DNA of 64,000 bases from Deltaproteobacteria bacterium (GCA_019306065.1 JAFDMF010000005.1:843-64842); one strand, 5' to 3'; counted from the stretch's first letter, positions 9,279-18,905 are shown. Numbers and translations: made by a program. Notes: generated from the letters alone by a model not told the origin.

Positions 9279-10448
9279 ATGAGAACAGAGTATGATTTAT
9301 GGAAAATATTTCCGAGAATGCCTAAAAAAGTAACAATAGGCGATATTACCATAAGAGACGGTTTCCAGCACGAAGAAAAATTCATATCTACGCAGGCAAA
9401 AAAATTCTATCTTGAAGAATTAATCTTTGCGGGCTGCAGATACATAGAGGTTACCAATCTCGGCAATCCGTATATTATGCCCCAGTTTTCGGATGCCGAG
9501 GAGCTTCTTGCCCACCTTAGAAGCGATAAATTTAAAAAAAAATGCGAAAGAAAAAAGATAAACTATGACGATATATGTTTAACCGCTATAACCATAAGAG
9601 AATCCGCTGTTGATAGGGCAGTGGAATTAAGAAAAAAAGGAATAGGACCAGATAGGCTTCTTATGATGGTATCTACGGAAGAGGAACACCATTTTGCAAA
9701 TTCCGGAACCACGCTTCCGGATTACTGGAAAGAAGCCGAACGAGCTATAAAAAAATGCAATAATGCAGGTATGAAAATGTGCGGCACGGTAAGCACAATT
9801 TGGGGAAGCCCGATAGGAGGCTCTACCGAGTTAAAAGATGCCGTAGAGTTTTCAAAAAGATGGCTTGAAATAGGCGCTCATGATATAGAGCATGCAGATC
9901 ATGACGGCAGCGCATCGGCGGCTCATGTATATAGATATTTTTCTATGGTATTAGACGAAATGCCGAACCCGAAACTTCATATAGCTCATTTTCACGAAAC
10001 AAAAAGAGTCGCTTCAGCATCCATATTAGCGGCTTTACAGGCTGGAATTGCAAATTTCGAGGCAACACTCGGAGGGCTTGGAGGACAGCCTGCTAACTTT
10101 TTAGGAGATACCCCTGTAAAAGGAACAGGCGACTACTATTATGACGACCCGAGATATGTAGGACTCGTATGCCTTGAAGATACTCTTGTTCAGATAGATG
10201 AAATGGGTATTGAGCATGGATATGATGTTGACCGCGTTTTATGGCTCGGCAGACAAATGGAAAAGACCATAGACAGAAGACTCCGTTCCGAAGCAATAAT
10301 AAACGGCAGAACTTTAAAAGACGGACACATGCATTATGCAAGACCCGGGCTTGCGAAACGAAAAGAAAAATTCGGAGAAAAACCGAAACAGGCATTTCCG
10401 AATACATGGAGCGAAAAGGCTGTTTTACCGGAACAATACAGAAAATAG
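9279..10448 (+). CDS. HMGL-like (pyruvate carboxyltransferase fold) lyase with a C-terminal extension
   Basis: N-terminal ITIRDGFQHE is the hallmark (RDG.Q) of HMG-CoA-lyase-like TIM barrels, and metal-ligand His residues appear in AHFHET. At 389 aa it is longer than classic HMG-CoA lyases. Confidence 0.7.
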   Translation: MRTEYDLWKIFPRMPKKVTIGDITIRDGFQHEEKFISTQAKKFYLEELIFAGCRYIEVTNLGNPYIMPQFSDAEELLAHLRSDKFKKKCERKKINYDDICLTAITIRESAVDRAVELRKKGIGPDRLLMMVSTEEEHHFANSGTTLPDYWKEAERAIKKCNNAGMKMCGTVSTIWGSPIGGSTELKDAVEFSKRWLEIGAHDIEHADHDGSASAAHVYRYFSMVLDEMPNPKLHIAHFHETKRVASASILAALQAGIANFEATLGGLGGQPANFLGDTPVKGTGDYYYDDPRYVGLVCLEDTLVQIDEMGIEHGYDVDRVLWLGRQMEKTIDRRLRSEAIINGRTLKDGHMHYARPGLAKRKEKFGEKPKQAFPNTWSEKAVLPEQYRK

Positions 10449-10463
10449 AAACAAGGAGGAATA

Positions 10464-11090
10464 ATGAGCAATACGCCTCATATAAATGTTGATTATTTTG
10501 AAAGCCTCACCGGAAAAATTTCAACGCAGGCACAAGCAAACGTAGAACAGATAGGCGATAGAATAAAATCTATAAGAAACGAGAAGAAACTCCTGTTATT
10601 CGATGTTGCGAAATTAACTGGATTTGACGAAAAATTTCTTGAAGATATAGAGAATAACTCAATAAAGCCTCAGCTAGGAACAATAATAAAATTATCCAAA
10701 GCATTAGACAGCGCCTTTTCAACACTAATTTCAGGAAAAGGGGATAAGTTATATTCCATTATAAGAAGCGCCGAACAAAAAACCGTAACCCGTTCCGCTT
10801 CAAAAGGCGATAAAGAAGTTTACGTTTATAAAAGTCTTGCGCCGGAAGTTAAAGGAAGGCATATGGAAGCTTTCAAGATTCAGCTTTATAAACCTTCCGA
10901 CTTTGAAATGAAAGTTCATTCCGGCGAAGAGTTTATCTATGTTTTAGAAGGAACCGTAGAACTTAGAATAGATGATAAGATATTGGAATTAAACCCGGGA
11001 GACAGCGCATATTATCCTTCTACTATGCCGCACCTTATCGGCGCAAAAGAGGATAAAGCTTTAATAATAGCGGTTATGTATGGCGGATAA
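10464..11090 (+). CDS. XRE-family HTH transcriptional regulator with a C-terminal cupin domain
   Basis: HTH segment IGDRIKSIRNEKKLLLFDVAKLTGFDEKFLEDIENN; cupin segment HSGEEFIYVLEGTVEL...PGDSAYYPSTMPH. Confidence 0.8.
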   Translation: MSNTPHINVDYFESLTGKISTQAQANVEQIGDRIKSIRNEKKLLLFDVAKLTGFDEKFLEDIENNSIKPQLGTIIKLSKALDSAFSTLISGKGDKLYSIIRSAEQKTVTRSASKGDKEVYVYKSLAPEVKGRHMEAFKIQLYKPSDFEMKVHSGEEFIYVLEGTVELRIDDKILELNPGDSAYYPSTMPHLIGAKEDKALIIAVMYGG

Positions 11091-11110
11091 AAATTTCGGC
11101 GGATAACAAA

Positions 11111-11136
11111 TAGAGACGTTGCATGCAACGTCTCTA
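11111..11136. repeat. PAL28 palindrome copy (26-bp perfect core TAGAGACGTTGCATGCAACGTCTCTA)
   Basis: Perfect palindrome centred on GCATGC, 20 nt after the stop of the XRE-cupin gene. Confidence 0.9.
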
Positions 11137-11171
11137 CCGTTAATCGGATAAATTAAAGTTTAGACAATTAT

Positions 11172-11263
11172 GAAATTTCTCCTCGCTGCATTCGTTGACA
11201 TTACAAGCAAAAAAAATTGCTTTCTGTCTTGTTGACCGAAGGGAGCAATCCCTTTATTATTTC
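11172..11263. repeat. Family-2 inverted-repeat element (paired arms, hairpin-forming)
   Basis: Arms GAAATTTCTCCTCGCTGCATTCGTTGACA and TGTCTTGTTGACCGAAGGGAGCAATCCCTTTATTATT are mutually inverted and match the other copies listed below. Confidence 0.75.
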
Positions 11264-11268
11264 CTTAT

Positions 11269-12135
11269 TTAGTCAATAGGATTTATCATTCTTTTTAAAA
11301 GAGAATCATAAAGTAGGGTTGTAATCTTTCCCGGAACCCCCTCTCCGATCTTATTGCCATTTACAAAAACTACCGGCATTACCTCTGTAATACTTCCTGT
11401 TAAAAAAACCTCGTCTGCATTCATAAGCTTTTCGGCAGCGTAAAAATTTTCGGTTAAAGTTAGTTCTTTTTTCTTAATTATACTTATAATCTCAGAACGG
11501 GTAACCCCTCCTAAAATATTAAAAGTTTCAGGATGAGTAAAAATTGCCTCGTCTTTTACAATAAAGATATTTGCGCTTGAAGCCTCTCGAACAATACCTT
11601 CGTCTGAAATAAAAATAGCGTCGTTTACTCCTGTATCTAAAGCGGTCTGTTTTGCCAAAGAATTTGCAAGAAGCTGAACAGTTTTAATATCGCAGCGTCC
11701 CCATCTTGCGTCATTTACCGTAATGACAGATATTCCCTTTTTTCTTTTTTCTGCGGTTTCGGCATCTTTTTTCAATATATCTCTTATAGTCATTACAAAC
11801 TGAATTTTTGCCTCGTCTATATTCGGCAGACAATGATTCCGCTTATATACTCCTCTTGAAATTTGTATATAAACCGCCGCTCTTTTTAATTTTGCTTTGC
11901 TAAAAAAAAGATTCAATTCGTCATAAAGATATTTTTTCGAAACATTCGGAAATTTTAATTCTTTCAAAGAATATATCATTCTTTTTATATGCTCTTCGGC
12001 TTTAAACATCCTGCCGTTATGACTCGGTATAACCTCGTAAACTGCGTCTCCGAATTGATACCCTCTGTCTTCAATCGAAACAAAAGCATCCTCTATAGCC
12101 GAAATTTTACCGTTTAAATAAGCCAATTCTGGCAT
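11269..12135 (-). CDS. Class IV aminotransferase (D-amino-acid / branched-chain aminotransferase family)
   Basis: 288 aa. The N-terminal EDRGYQFGDAVYEV is the signature of D-alanine-aminotransferase-like fold-type IV PLP enzymes. Confidence 0.85.
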   Translation of the reverse strand: MPELAYLNGKISAIEDAFVSIEDRGYQFGDAVYEVIPSHNGRMFKAEEHIKRMIYSLKELKFPNVSKKYLYDELNLFFSKAKLKRAAVYIQISRGVYKRNHCLPNIDEAKIQFVMTIRDILKKDAETAEKRKKGISVITVNDARWGRCDIKTVQLLANSLAKQTALDTGVNDAIFISDEGIVREASSANIFIVKDEAIFTHPETFNILGGVTRSEIISIIKKKELTLTENFYAAEKLMNADEVFLTGSITEVMPVVFVNGNKIGEGVPGKITTLLYDSLLKRMINPID

Positions 12136-12428
12136 TTTATCTCCTTATAATTAGAAAAAATATTAAAAAATGAAACATCTATAACTAAAATAATAAAATC
12201 AGCCTATATAATTACCGAAATTTAAAGTCAAACAACTTATTAAAAACAAACTATTGATTTAAACCGTTAGAACCGGCGTAGGTAAAATAAAATTCTTGCA
12301 AGCATATATTAAATAATATAATCAATATAATATATCAAATATTACTTTTTAATCTATGCGGTTTTTATTAAAACTGAGACAGAGTAAACATTCAGATTAT
12401 ATTATAGACACAAAAAAGAATGATTAAA

Positions 12429-12518
12429 AATAATAAAGGGATTTCTCGCTTCGCTCGCAATAGCAGGGTGGAAGTTGTTTGTTTGTCATTTCGACGAGCG
12501 TAAGCGAGGAGAAATCTT
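12429..12518. repeat. Family-2 inverted-repeat element (paired arms)
   Basis: AATAATAAAGGGATTTCTCGCTTCGCTCG ... CGACGAGCGTAAGCGAGGAGAAATC. It lies immediately upstream of the ATPase gene at 12546. Confidence 0.8.
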
Positions 12519-12545
12519 TTAATTAAAATGTAAACAGAGGAAAAA

Positions 12546-13676
12546 ATGTTAAATTCTCTGATAATTCGTAATTTCCGTATATTTAAAGAATTAAAAATAA
12601 ACAGGGTAAACAGGGTAAATCTATTTGTAGGCAAAAACAATTCCGGTAAAAGCTGCCTGCTTGAAGCCTTGCAAATATACGCTTCCAAAGGAAATCGCGC
12701 TGATTTATATAAGATAGTTTTATCAAGAGATGAAAATTGGGAAAGTTTGCTTGCTCGCAAACGTAAAGATTCGATCCGAAAAATTTCCGCGCTGTTAGGT
12801 TATCTTTTTAACGGATATGTTTTGCCGGATATTAACGGAAAAGCTATAGAAATAGGACCAGGCAATAGCGAAGCCGATCTTCTTAAAATACGCCATAGAG
12901 CCTTTCATATAACCGAAGATGAAGAAGGAAGAAGAATTCGAACTCCGGTAGAGCAAGAATCCACAGAAGATGATTTTATAGATATTCAAACCGCATTGGA
13001 GGTTACGCAGGGAGAAAAGAGGCTTTATTATATTCCATTAGAATATAATAGATATATTTCTTCTATGAGGAGAATAGTAGAATTTAATAATACCAATTTT
13101 CAAGTGGCGCCTGCGCGGCAGATCAACGATTCAGATATCTCGGCTTTATGGGATAATATAAACTGAACCGATTTGGCACAGGAGATAGTTTCCGCTTTAA
13201 AAATTATTGATCCTAATATATCGGCGGTCGCTCTTATTGGAGATATTTCCAACGATAGATTCAGCAGTGGAAAAAACAAACGAATTCCTATTATCCGTTA
13301 TAAAGGCATAAAAGAAAGAATACCTTTAAAAACAATGGGAGACGGTTTGCTCCGTCTTTTTCATGTTATTTTGGCTCTTGTAAATGCGAAAGACGGACTT
13401 TTATTAATAGATGAATTTGAAAACGGACTCTATTGGGCGCTTCATCCGAAATTATGGGATATTATATTAAGATTATCTCATCAATTAAATGTTCAGGTTA
13501 TAGCTACCACTCATAGCCGAGACTGTATAAAAGGCTTTTATGAAGTTTGGAAAAATAAAAAAGAGGACGCCTCTTTTTACAGGTTAGAAGCAGACGCCGA
13601 AACCGGAGCAAAAGTTATTAATTACACGTATGATATGCTTTCTGATGCAATTGAAACCGATATTGAGGTTCGATAA
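12546..13676 (+). pseudogene. AAA/ABC-type ATPase (AAA_21 / COG1106-like) interrupted by one in-frame TGA
   Basis: ORFs 12546-13166 and 13173-13676 share one frame and are separated only by TGA at 13164-13166 (WDNIN*TDLAQE). Walker A is GKNNSGKS in the first part; Walker B LLLIDEFENGL and H-loop ATTHS are in the second. Confidence 0.8.
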
Positions 13677-13743
13677 TGGCTGATATTTGTAAGAAGCAAG
13701 GCAAAAAAATTTATTAAATGAATCGAAAACCTATTTTATTAAA

Positions 13744-15129
13744 ATGATACGCGAACATTGCGGAATATTTGGCATTGCGGAAAATCCGAATGCCGCAAAT
13801 AATACATATCTCGGATTATACGCTCTTCAGCACAGAGGCGAAGAAAGCGCCGGAATTGCTGTCGCGCATAATGGCGAAATAAAATTATATAAAGGATTAG
13901 GGCTTGTAGCAGACGTTTTTAACATAAAAAAAACGGATAAAATATCCGGCGCAAGCGCAATAGGACATGTTCGATATTCTACCGCAGGAAACACAACCCT
14001 TTCAAACGCCCAACCGATTATAGCTCATTACAAAAATCAAACATTTGCCATAGCCCATAACGGCAATATAGTAAATGCCCATATATTAAAAAAACAGCTT
14101 ATAAGGCAAGGAATTAAGTTTGAAACAACATCGGATAGCGAAGTTTTTTTAAAACTTCTTATAAAAAATTTAAAATACGGTTTTGAAGAGGCGGTAAAAA
14201 AAAGCGCGGAAATCATAAAAGGGGCTTTTTCGATAATAATACTTACAAACAAAGGAGAAATAGCGGCAATAAAGGATCCTAACGGCTTTAGACCTCTTTG
14301 TTTGGGAAAAATAGAAAAAAATTATATTCTTGCCTCCGAAACCTGCGCATTAGATATAAACGGCGCCGAATTTATAAAAGAACTTGATCCAGGCGAAATA
14401 GTTATTATCCGTAATGATAAAATAAAAAGCATAAAAAATAAAAAAGATAAAAGAAGCTTTTGTATATTTGAATATATATATTTTGCCAGACCGGACAGCA
14501 TAATGTTCAATAAAACCGTTTATAAAGTCCGAAAAAATTTTGGTAAAAAACTTGCTGCAGAATCTTCTGCAAAAGCCGATATGGTTATTCCTTTACCGGA
14601 TTCCGGAAATTATGCCGCATTAGGTTATTCTCAAGCAACAGGCATACCTTTTGAACTCGGCATAATTAAAAATCAATACATAGGCAGAACCTTTATACAG
14701 CCGGAGCAGATAATCCGAGAAATCGGAGTAAAAATAAAATTAAATCCCGTTAAAGAAATATTAAAAAACAAAAATATAGTAATAGTTGACGATTCTATTG
14801 TTCGAGGTTCTACTATAAAGATGATAGCAAAAATTTTAAGAAAAACCGGCATTCAAAAAATTCATTTAAAGATAGCAAGCCCCGCTCATAAATATCCATG
14901 CCCTTACGGAATAGATTTTTCGGATAAAAAGGAACTTTTTGCCGCAGATAAAACCGTTGAAGAGATGAAGGATATTTTTAAAGTCGATTCGCTTTCTTAT
15001 CTAAGTATTTCGGGGTTATTGGAAGCTACGGGTATAAGGAAGCCGGAAATTTTTTTTTGCAAGGCATGTTTTGACGGCGTATATCCGGTAGATTTCGATA
15101 TTAATGCAGATAAAAACTTTTGCGTTTAA
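13744..15129 (+). CDS. purF: Amidophosphoribosyltransferase
   Basis: 461 aa. Nucleophile context MIREHCGIFGI, RGEESAGIA, the PRPP-binding loop VIVDDSIVRGST and C-terminal Cys ligands. Confidence 0.95.
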   Translation: MIREHCGIFGIAENPNAANNTYLGLYALQHRGEESAGIAVAHNGEIKLYKGLGLVADVFNIKKTDKISGASAIGHVRYSTAGNTTLSNAQPIIAHYKNQTFAIAHNGNIVNAHILKKQLIRQGIKFETTSDSEVFLKLLIKNLKYGFEEAVKKSAEIIKGAFSIIILTNKGEIAAIKDPNGFRPLCLGKIEKNYILASETCALDINGAEFIKELDPGEIVIIRNDKIKSIKNKKDKRSFCIFEYIYFARPDSIMFNKTVYKVRKNFGKKLAAESSAKADMVIPLPDSGNYAALGYSQATGIPFELGIIKNQYIGRTFIQPEQIIREIGVKIKLNPVKEILKNKNIVIVDDSIVRGSTIKMIAKILRKTGIQKIHLKIASPAHKYPCPYGIDFSDKKELFAADKTVEEMKDIFKVDSLSYLSISGLLEATGIRKPEIFFCKACFDGVYPVDFDINADKNFCV

Positions 15130-15268
15130 ATTGCCCGAATTATGATTTGTCTGATTAAAGGAGCGTATATATATTGGAATATGTAAAAGGCGGTAGATAG
15201 GTTGCAATGCAATAATATTAGGTTTATAATCAACCAATTTTAAAAAACATTTGAAAGGATGGGGCGCA

Positions 15269-16675
15269 ATGCAAGGAAAATTGACTCGTTTTCGTATAGA
15301 AGGATTGCATAATATCCGCACTATAGATATGTCGATTACTGATAATAAATTGGTATTGGTTGGAGAAAACGGCATAGGGAAAAGCACGGTAGCCAATTTT
15401 ATTTATTTTTTCTTAACTATGCAATGGTCAAGAATGCTTGATTATAAATTTAAAAGCGTTTCGGCGGAGATAGACTCAATAAATTATAATTTAAGCAGAG
15501 ACGACGTAAATAAGCTTGCGAGAAAACAAAATTTTATTAATGAAAGATATGGACGTCGCTTGCCTATATCAATATATAACAAAGTTAAAGAATTAGTTGA
15601 AAGAAAATATAATGATAATAAGATAATGGGGCTAATTTCGGACGAATTCGGCGTTCCTCGCACCATATTAAGACGAGAGATTGAAAATATAAGATTTAGC
15701 AACTCGATTTCCAAAGAATTAAAAAAAGATATAGAATCGGTCAAAACTAAAATAGGAAATAAGGTAATATATCTTCCTACTTATAGAAGAATTGAACAGG
15801 ATTTGGAGATTATTTTGCCGAAATTAGAGATAGGAATAAGAGATTTTGAAGAATACCCAAAAAGGCGTAAAAATACGGGATATACCGAGCTGGTGGAATT
15901 CGGGATGGAAGATGTTGAAGAGACTATACATCGTAAAATGATAGAGATAAAAGAGACAATACGAAAAGATTTGAGCGCGTTAACAGGGGATTATCTTAGA
16001 GATGTTATTAAGGGGGCTTATCAATCTATAGATATTGCTAAATTTAACGAGGTTAACGAATTCTTAATTGCAGATATATTCAAAAGAATCCCGGAAGATA
16101 TTCTACCGCAAGAGGATCAGGAACTTTTAAATAAAATTATTTCCGAAATAAATGAATCAAAAACAATTAACGACAATAATAAAGTTATAGCTCACTTTCT
16201 TACGAAATTGGCAAAGCTCTATCAAAAGCAACAAAATGATGAGCGCGATATACGAGAATTCATAGAAATTTGTAATAAAGGGTATTTGTCCGACAAACGT
16301 TTTATATATGATGATCAGAATTTTAATATTGTAATTCGAGATATTCTTATAAAATCAGGCGTTTTGGAACTGCCTCTTAAAGCGTTATCTTCAGGCGAAA
16401 AGCAGATTGTATCTTTATTTTCTCATCTTTATTTATCTGGCAAATCCGGCTTTTTTCTTATTATTGACGAGCCGGAATTATCGCTTTCCGTGCCTTGGCA
16501 GAAACAATTTTTACCGGATATTCTAAAAAGATGTAACGGATTAATAGCGGTTACTCACTCGCCGTTTATTTATGATAATGAATTGCGACCTTATGCGCAT
16601 TCGTTGGAAGAGTTTATTAAACCTTACGAATATGACCCTGATTTAGAAGAATGGGATGAAACTGCTATAATTTAG
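15269..16675 (+). CDS. ABC/SMC-like P-loop ATPase with a long helical insert (COG3950-like, defence-type)
   Basis: Walker A VGENGIGKST, C-terminal signature LSSGEKQ, Walker B FFLIIDEPELSLS and H-loop AVTHSP. I prefer ATG 15269 (AAAGGA 9 nt upstream) over TTG 15251. Confidence 0.8.
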   Translation: MQGKLTRFRIEGLHNIRTIDMSITDNKLVLVGENGIGKSTVANFIYFFLTMQWSRMLDYKFKSVSAEIDSINYNLSRDDVNKLARKQNFINERYGRRLPISIYNKVKELVERKYNDNKIMGLISDEFGVPRTILRREIENIRFSNSISKELKKDIESVKTKIGNKVIYLPTYRRIEQDLEIILPKLEIGIRDFEEYPKRRKNTGYTELVEFGMEDVEETIHRKMIEIKETIRKDLSALTGDYLRDVIKGAYQSIDIAKFNEVNEFLIADIFKRIPEDILPQEDQELLNKIISEINESKTINDNNKVIAHFLTKLAKLYQKQQNDERDIREFIEICNKGYLSDKRFIYDDQNFNIVIRDILIKSGVLELPLKALSSGEKQIVSLFSHLYLSGKSGFFLIIDEPELSLSVPWQKQFLPDILKRCNGLIAVTHSPFIYDNELRPYAHSLEEFIKPYEYDPDLEEWDETAII

Positions 16676-16686
16676 GAGGCGTTTTT

Positions 16687-17235
16687 ATGTCATATATAAA
16701 TACTCTAAACAGAGCGGCTAAAAGTCCCACAACCGATTTTCATCTTTTAATAACTCAACATCCGTTCCAACGGAATAAATATTATGATTTTTTTACAGAT
16801 GAGGCTGTTTCGGATATTCTTTTAAAAATGGAGCGGCTTGACGATCAGAATTCAAACCTTGAAAAAAAATATACGAATAATTGGGAAAAATCTGTTAGCA
16901 TACTCCCCGAAGAAGAGATGGATCATAAACAATGGAGTGAAAATAATTATTTATGGTCAAAATATCATGAAGATTATTATAAAAAGTTAGAGAAAGTTAA
17001 GCTTACCCTTGTAGATAATGTGGGAATATCGGGAACAAAAAAGTTGGCAATGGAACAAGAGCCTATTGAACAAGAGTTTGTTAAGGAAAATTCGGCTGAT
17101 AAACCTTCTGAAAAAAACGGAATAAATTTTCTTATGTCAATAGCGGGAATGTTTGATTCCGGCGATAAAAATGGCTCGAAAAATATTAAATCCGTCGTAT
17201 CTGAATCCATCTTAAAAAAGTATGGAAAAAAATAA
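16687..17235 (+). CDS. Hypothetical 182-aa protein; possible adaptor or antitoxin for the downstream PIN
   Basis: AGGAGG precedes the ATG. The stop lies 2 nt before the PIN start. I recognise no domain motif, and the C-terminal tail is acidic then basic. Confidence 0.5.
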   Translation: MSYINTLNRAAKSPTTDFHLLITQHPFQRNKYYDFFTDEAVSDILLKMERLDDQNSNLEKKYTNNWEKSVSILPEEEMDHKQWSENNYLWSKYHEDYYKKLEKVKLTLVDNVGISGTKKLAMEQEPIEQEFVKENSADKPSEKNGINFLMSIAGMFDSGDKNGSKNIKSVVSESILKKYGKK

Positions 17236-17237
17236 AA

Positions 17238-17657
17238 ATGGCTTTTATAATTGATACCGGATTCCTATATGCCGCGCTTGATAAAAAAGATAAAAATCAT
17301 AAAAATGTTATCAAATTATTACCGATTTTGCCGAAAAGCGATTTAATACTGCCTACTCTTGTATTGGTAGAAATTACGTATCTTTTACAAAAAAGATTAG
17401 GGCATAAAAAAATGCGACAATTTATATCTACGCTTGACAACTCCCCTATCAAATTTGAAAATATTACTCAAGACGATATTCATAGAATATATGAACTGTT
17501 AAATCAATATTCGAATATAAAATTGGATTTTGTAGATGCATCTATTACGGCTATAGCGGAACGTTTGAATATCAAACAAATTTTAACGGTAGATAAAAGG
17601 GATTTCAATATAATTTGTCCTATCCACTGCAAGCATTTTGAAATACTTCCGCAATAA
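17238..17657 (+). CDS. vapC: PIN-domain ribonuclease (VapC-like toxin)
   Basis: 139 aa. N-terminal FIIDTGFLYA (first acidic residue), EITYLL and LDFVDASITAIAE are typical of PIN. Confidence 0.85.
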   Translation: MAFIIDTGFLYAALDKKDKNHKNVIKLLPILPKSDLILPTLVLVEITYLLQKRLGHKKMRQFISTLDNSPIKFENITQDDIHRIYELLNQYSNIKLDFVDASITAIAERLNIKQILTVDKRDFNIICPIHCKHFEILPQ

Positions 17658-17734
17658 AAAATTTCTATTAAGCAAATTATTTTTGAATATCTTCAAAAAT
17701 CCATTCTCTTACTTCATTATAACCGGAGAAAAAA

Positions 17735-18730
17735 ATGAAAAAAACAGTATCATTTTCAAAAAAGGCTTCTAATATATTTTTTCATATATTAACAGACTGC
17801 AATCTTAAATGCGCTCATTGTTATATAAATAAAAAGGAACACGGTCAAGGAAAATTACCCGTAGAAACAATAAAATTATGGCTTAGTGTTTTTGCAAAAA
17901 GAAATCCAAAAAAAAAGAATCTTATATTTTTGGGAGGAGAACCCACCTTACATCCCGACCTTTCCGAAGCAGTAAAAGAGGCAAAAAGATTAAATTACGA
18001 ATCCATAACCGTAGATACAAACGGTTATCTTTTTTTTGATATACTTTCAAAAGTAACGCCGGAACAGGTAGATTATTTCAGTTTCAGCATAGACGGCTCA
18101 AATACGAAATTAAACGATAAAATAAGAGGCAAAGGCTCTTATGAAAAGGTTATCGAAGGCATAAAAAAAGCAAAGGCAAAAGGTTTTAAAACAAGTATGA
18201 TATATACGGTATCTTCTTATAATATAGAAGATATTAAAAATATGCCTGATATTTTAAAAGATATAATGCCGGATAAATTTTTTATTCAAATCATAGGAAT
18301 AAGAGGCAAACCCGCGGCAAGCGCGAATAACTTTCAGGTAAATAACAGTCAATGGTTTTGCGCTATTCCGAATACCGCAAAAAAGATAGCAGAACTCGGA
18401 ATAAGCGTAATATATCCGAAAGTATATCTTAAAAAAGAGGAGCCTTTTGAATGCGCCGGATTATTGGCGGATAATTATTTTATATTTCCTAACGGAAGGG
18501 TTTACAAATGCCCTTTATGCGAAGACTTTGCTATAAACGGACTTTATTTTAATAAAAACAACAAGCTGGTAAAAAACGGTAAAATAAACGAAGACGACCT
18601 TTTTAATCTGTCAATACCGGAAGGCTGCGTAATCAATAAGATCGTTCAGTCGGATAATATAGAGTATAATAAAGACGGCAAGCCATTATATAAAATTGCG
18701 TGTTGTATGCTAAAGGAAGAAATATCATAG
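17735..18730 (+). CDS. Radical SAM protein with a Cys-rich (SPASM-like) C-terminus
   Basis: CNLKCAHCY is the CxxxCxxC cluster motif. GGEPTL is present. C-terminal Cys residues occur in YKCPLCED and IACCM. Confidence 0.85.
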   Translation: MKKTVSFSKKASNIFFHILTDCNLKCAHCYINKKEHGQGKLPVETIKLWLSVFAKRNPKKKNLIFLGGEPTLHPDLSEAVKEAKRLNYESITVDTNGYLFFDILSKVTPEQVDYFSFSIDGSNTKLNDKIRGKGSYEKVIEGIKKAKAKGFKTSMIYTVSSYNIEDIKNMPDILKDIMPDKFFIQIIGIRGKPAASANNFQVNNSQWFCAIPNTAKKIAELGISVIYPKVYLKKEEPFECAGLLADNYFIFPNGRVYKCPLCEDFAINGLYFNKNNKLVKNGKINEDDLFNLSIPEGCVINKIVQSDNIEYNKDGKPLYKIACCMLKEEIS

Positions 18731-18905
18731 TTCCCGTAGAAATGAGCCTTTTTTTACTTGATTTCGGCGGTAGATAAATATAAAAAATTTTAAATATCAT
18801 CGAAGGATTTCTTCCGGCTAAAGTTAGGGGGCTTGTGGAAGGATGGGCTTACAATATTTGTAATACCCGCTTTAATGGGGTTGTTTGTGAAAAAAGGAGA
18901 AATAA

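Noticed and set aside
16687-17235. The 182-aa middle protein of the ATPase triad as a degenerate DUF4435/TOPRIM (PARIS AriB-like) protein.
   Set aside because: Only a vague resemblance exists in the first ~40 residues (FHLLITQHPFQRNKYYDFF versus the ..VEG..D..FY.. start of such proteins). The catalytic Glu/Gly and a DxD motif are absent. The sequence cannot support this.
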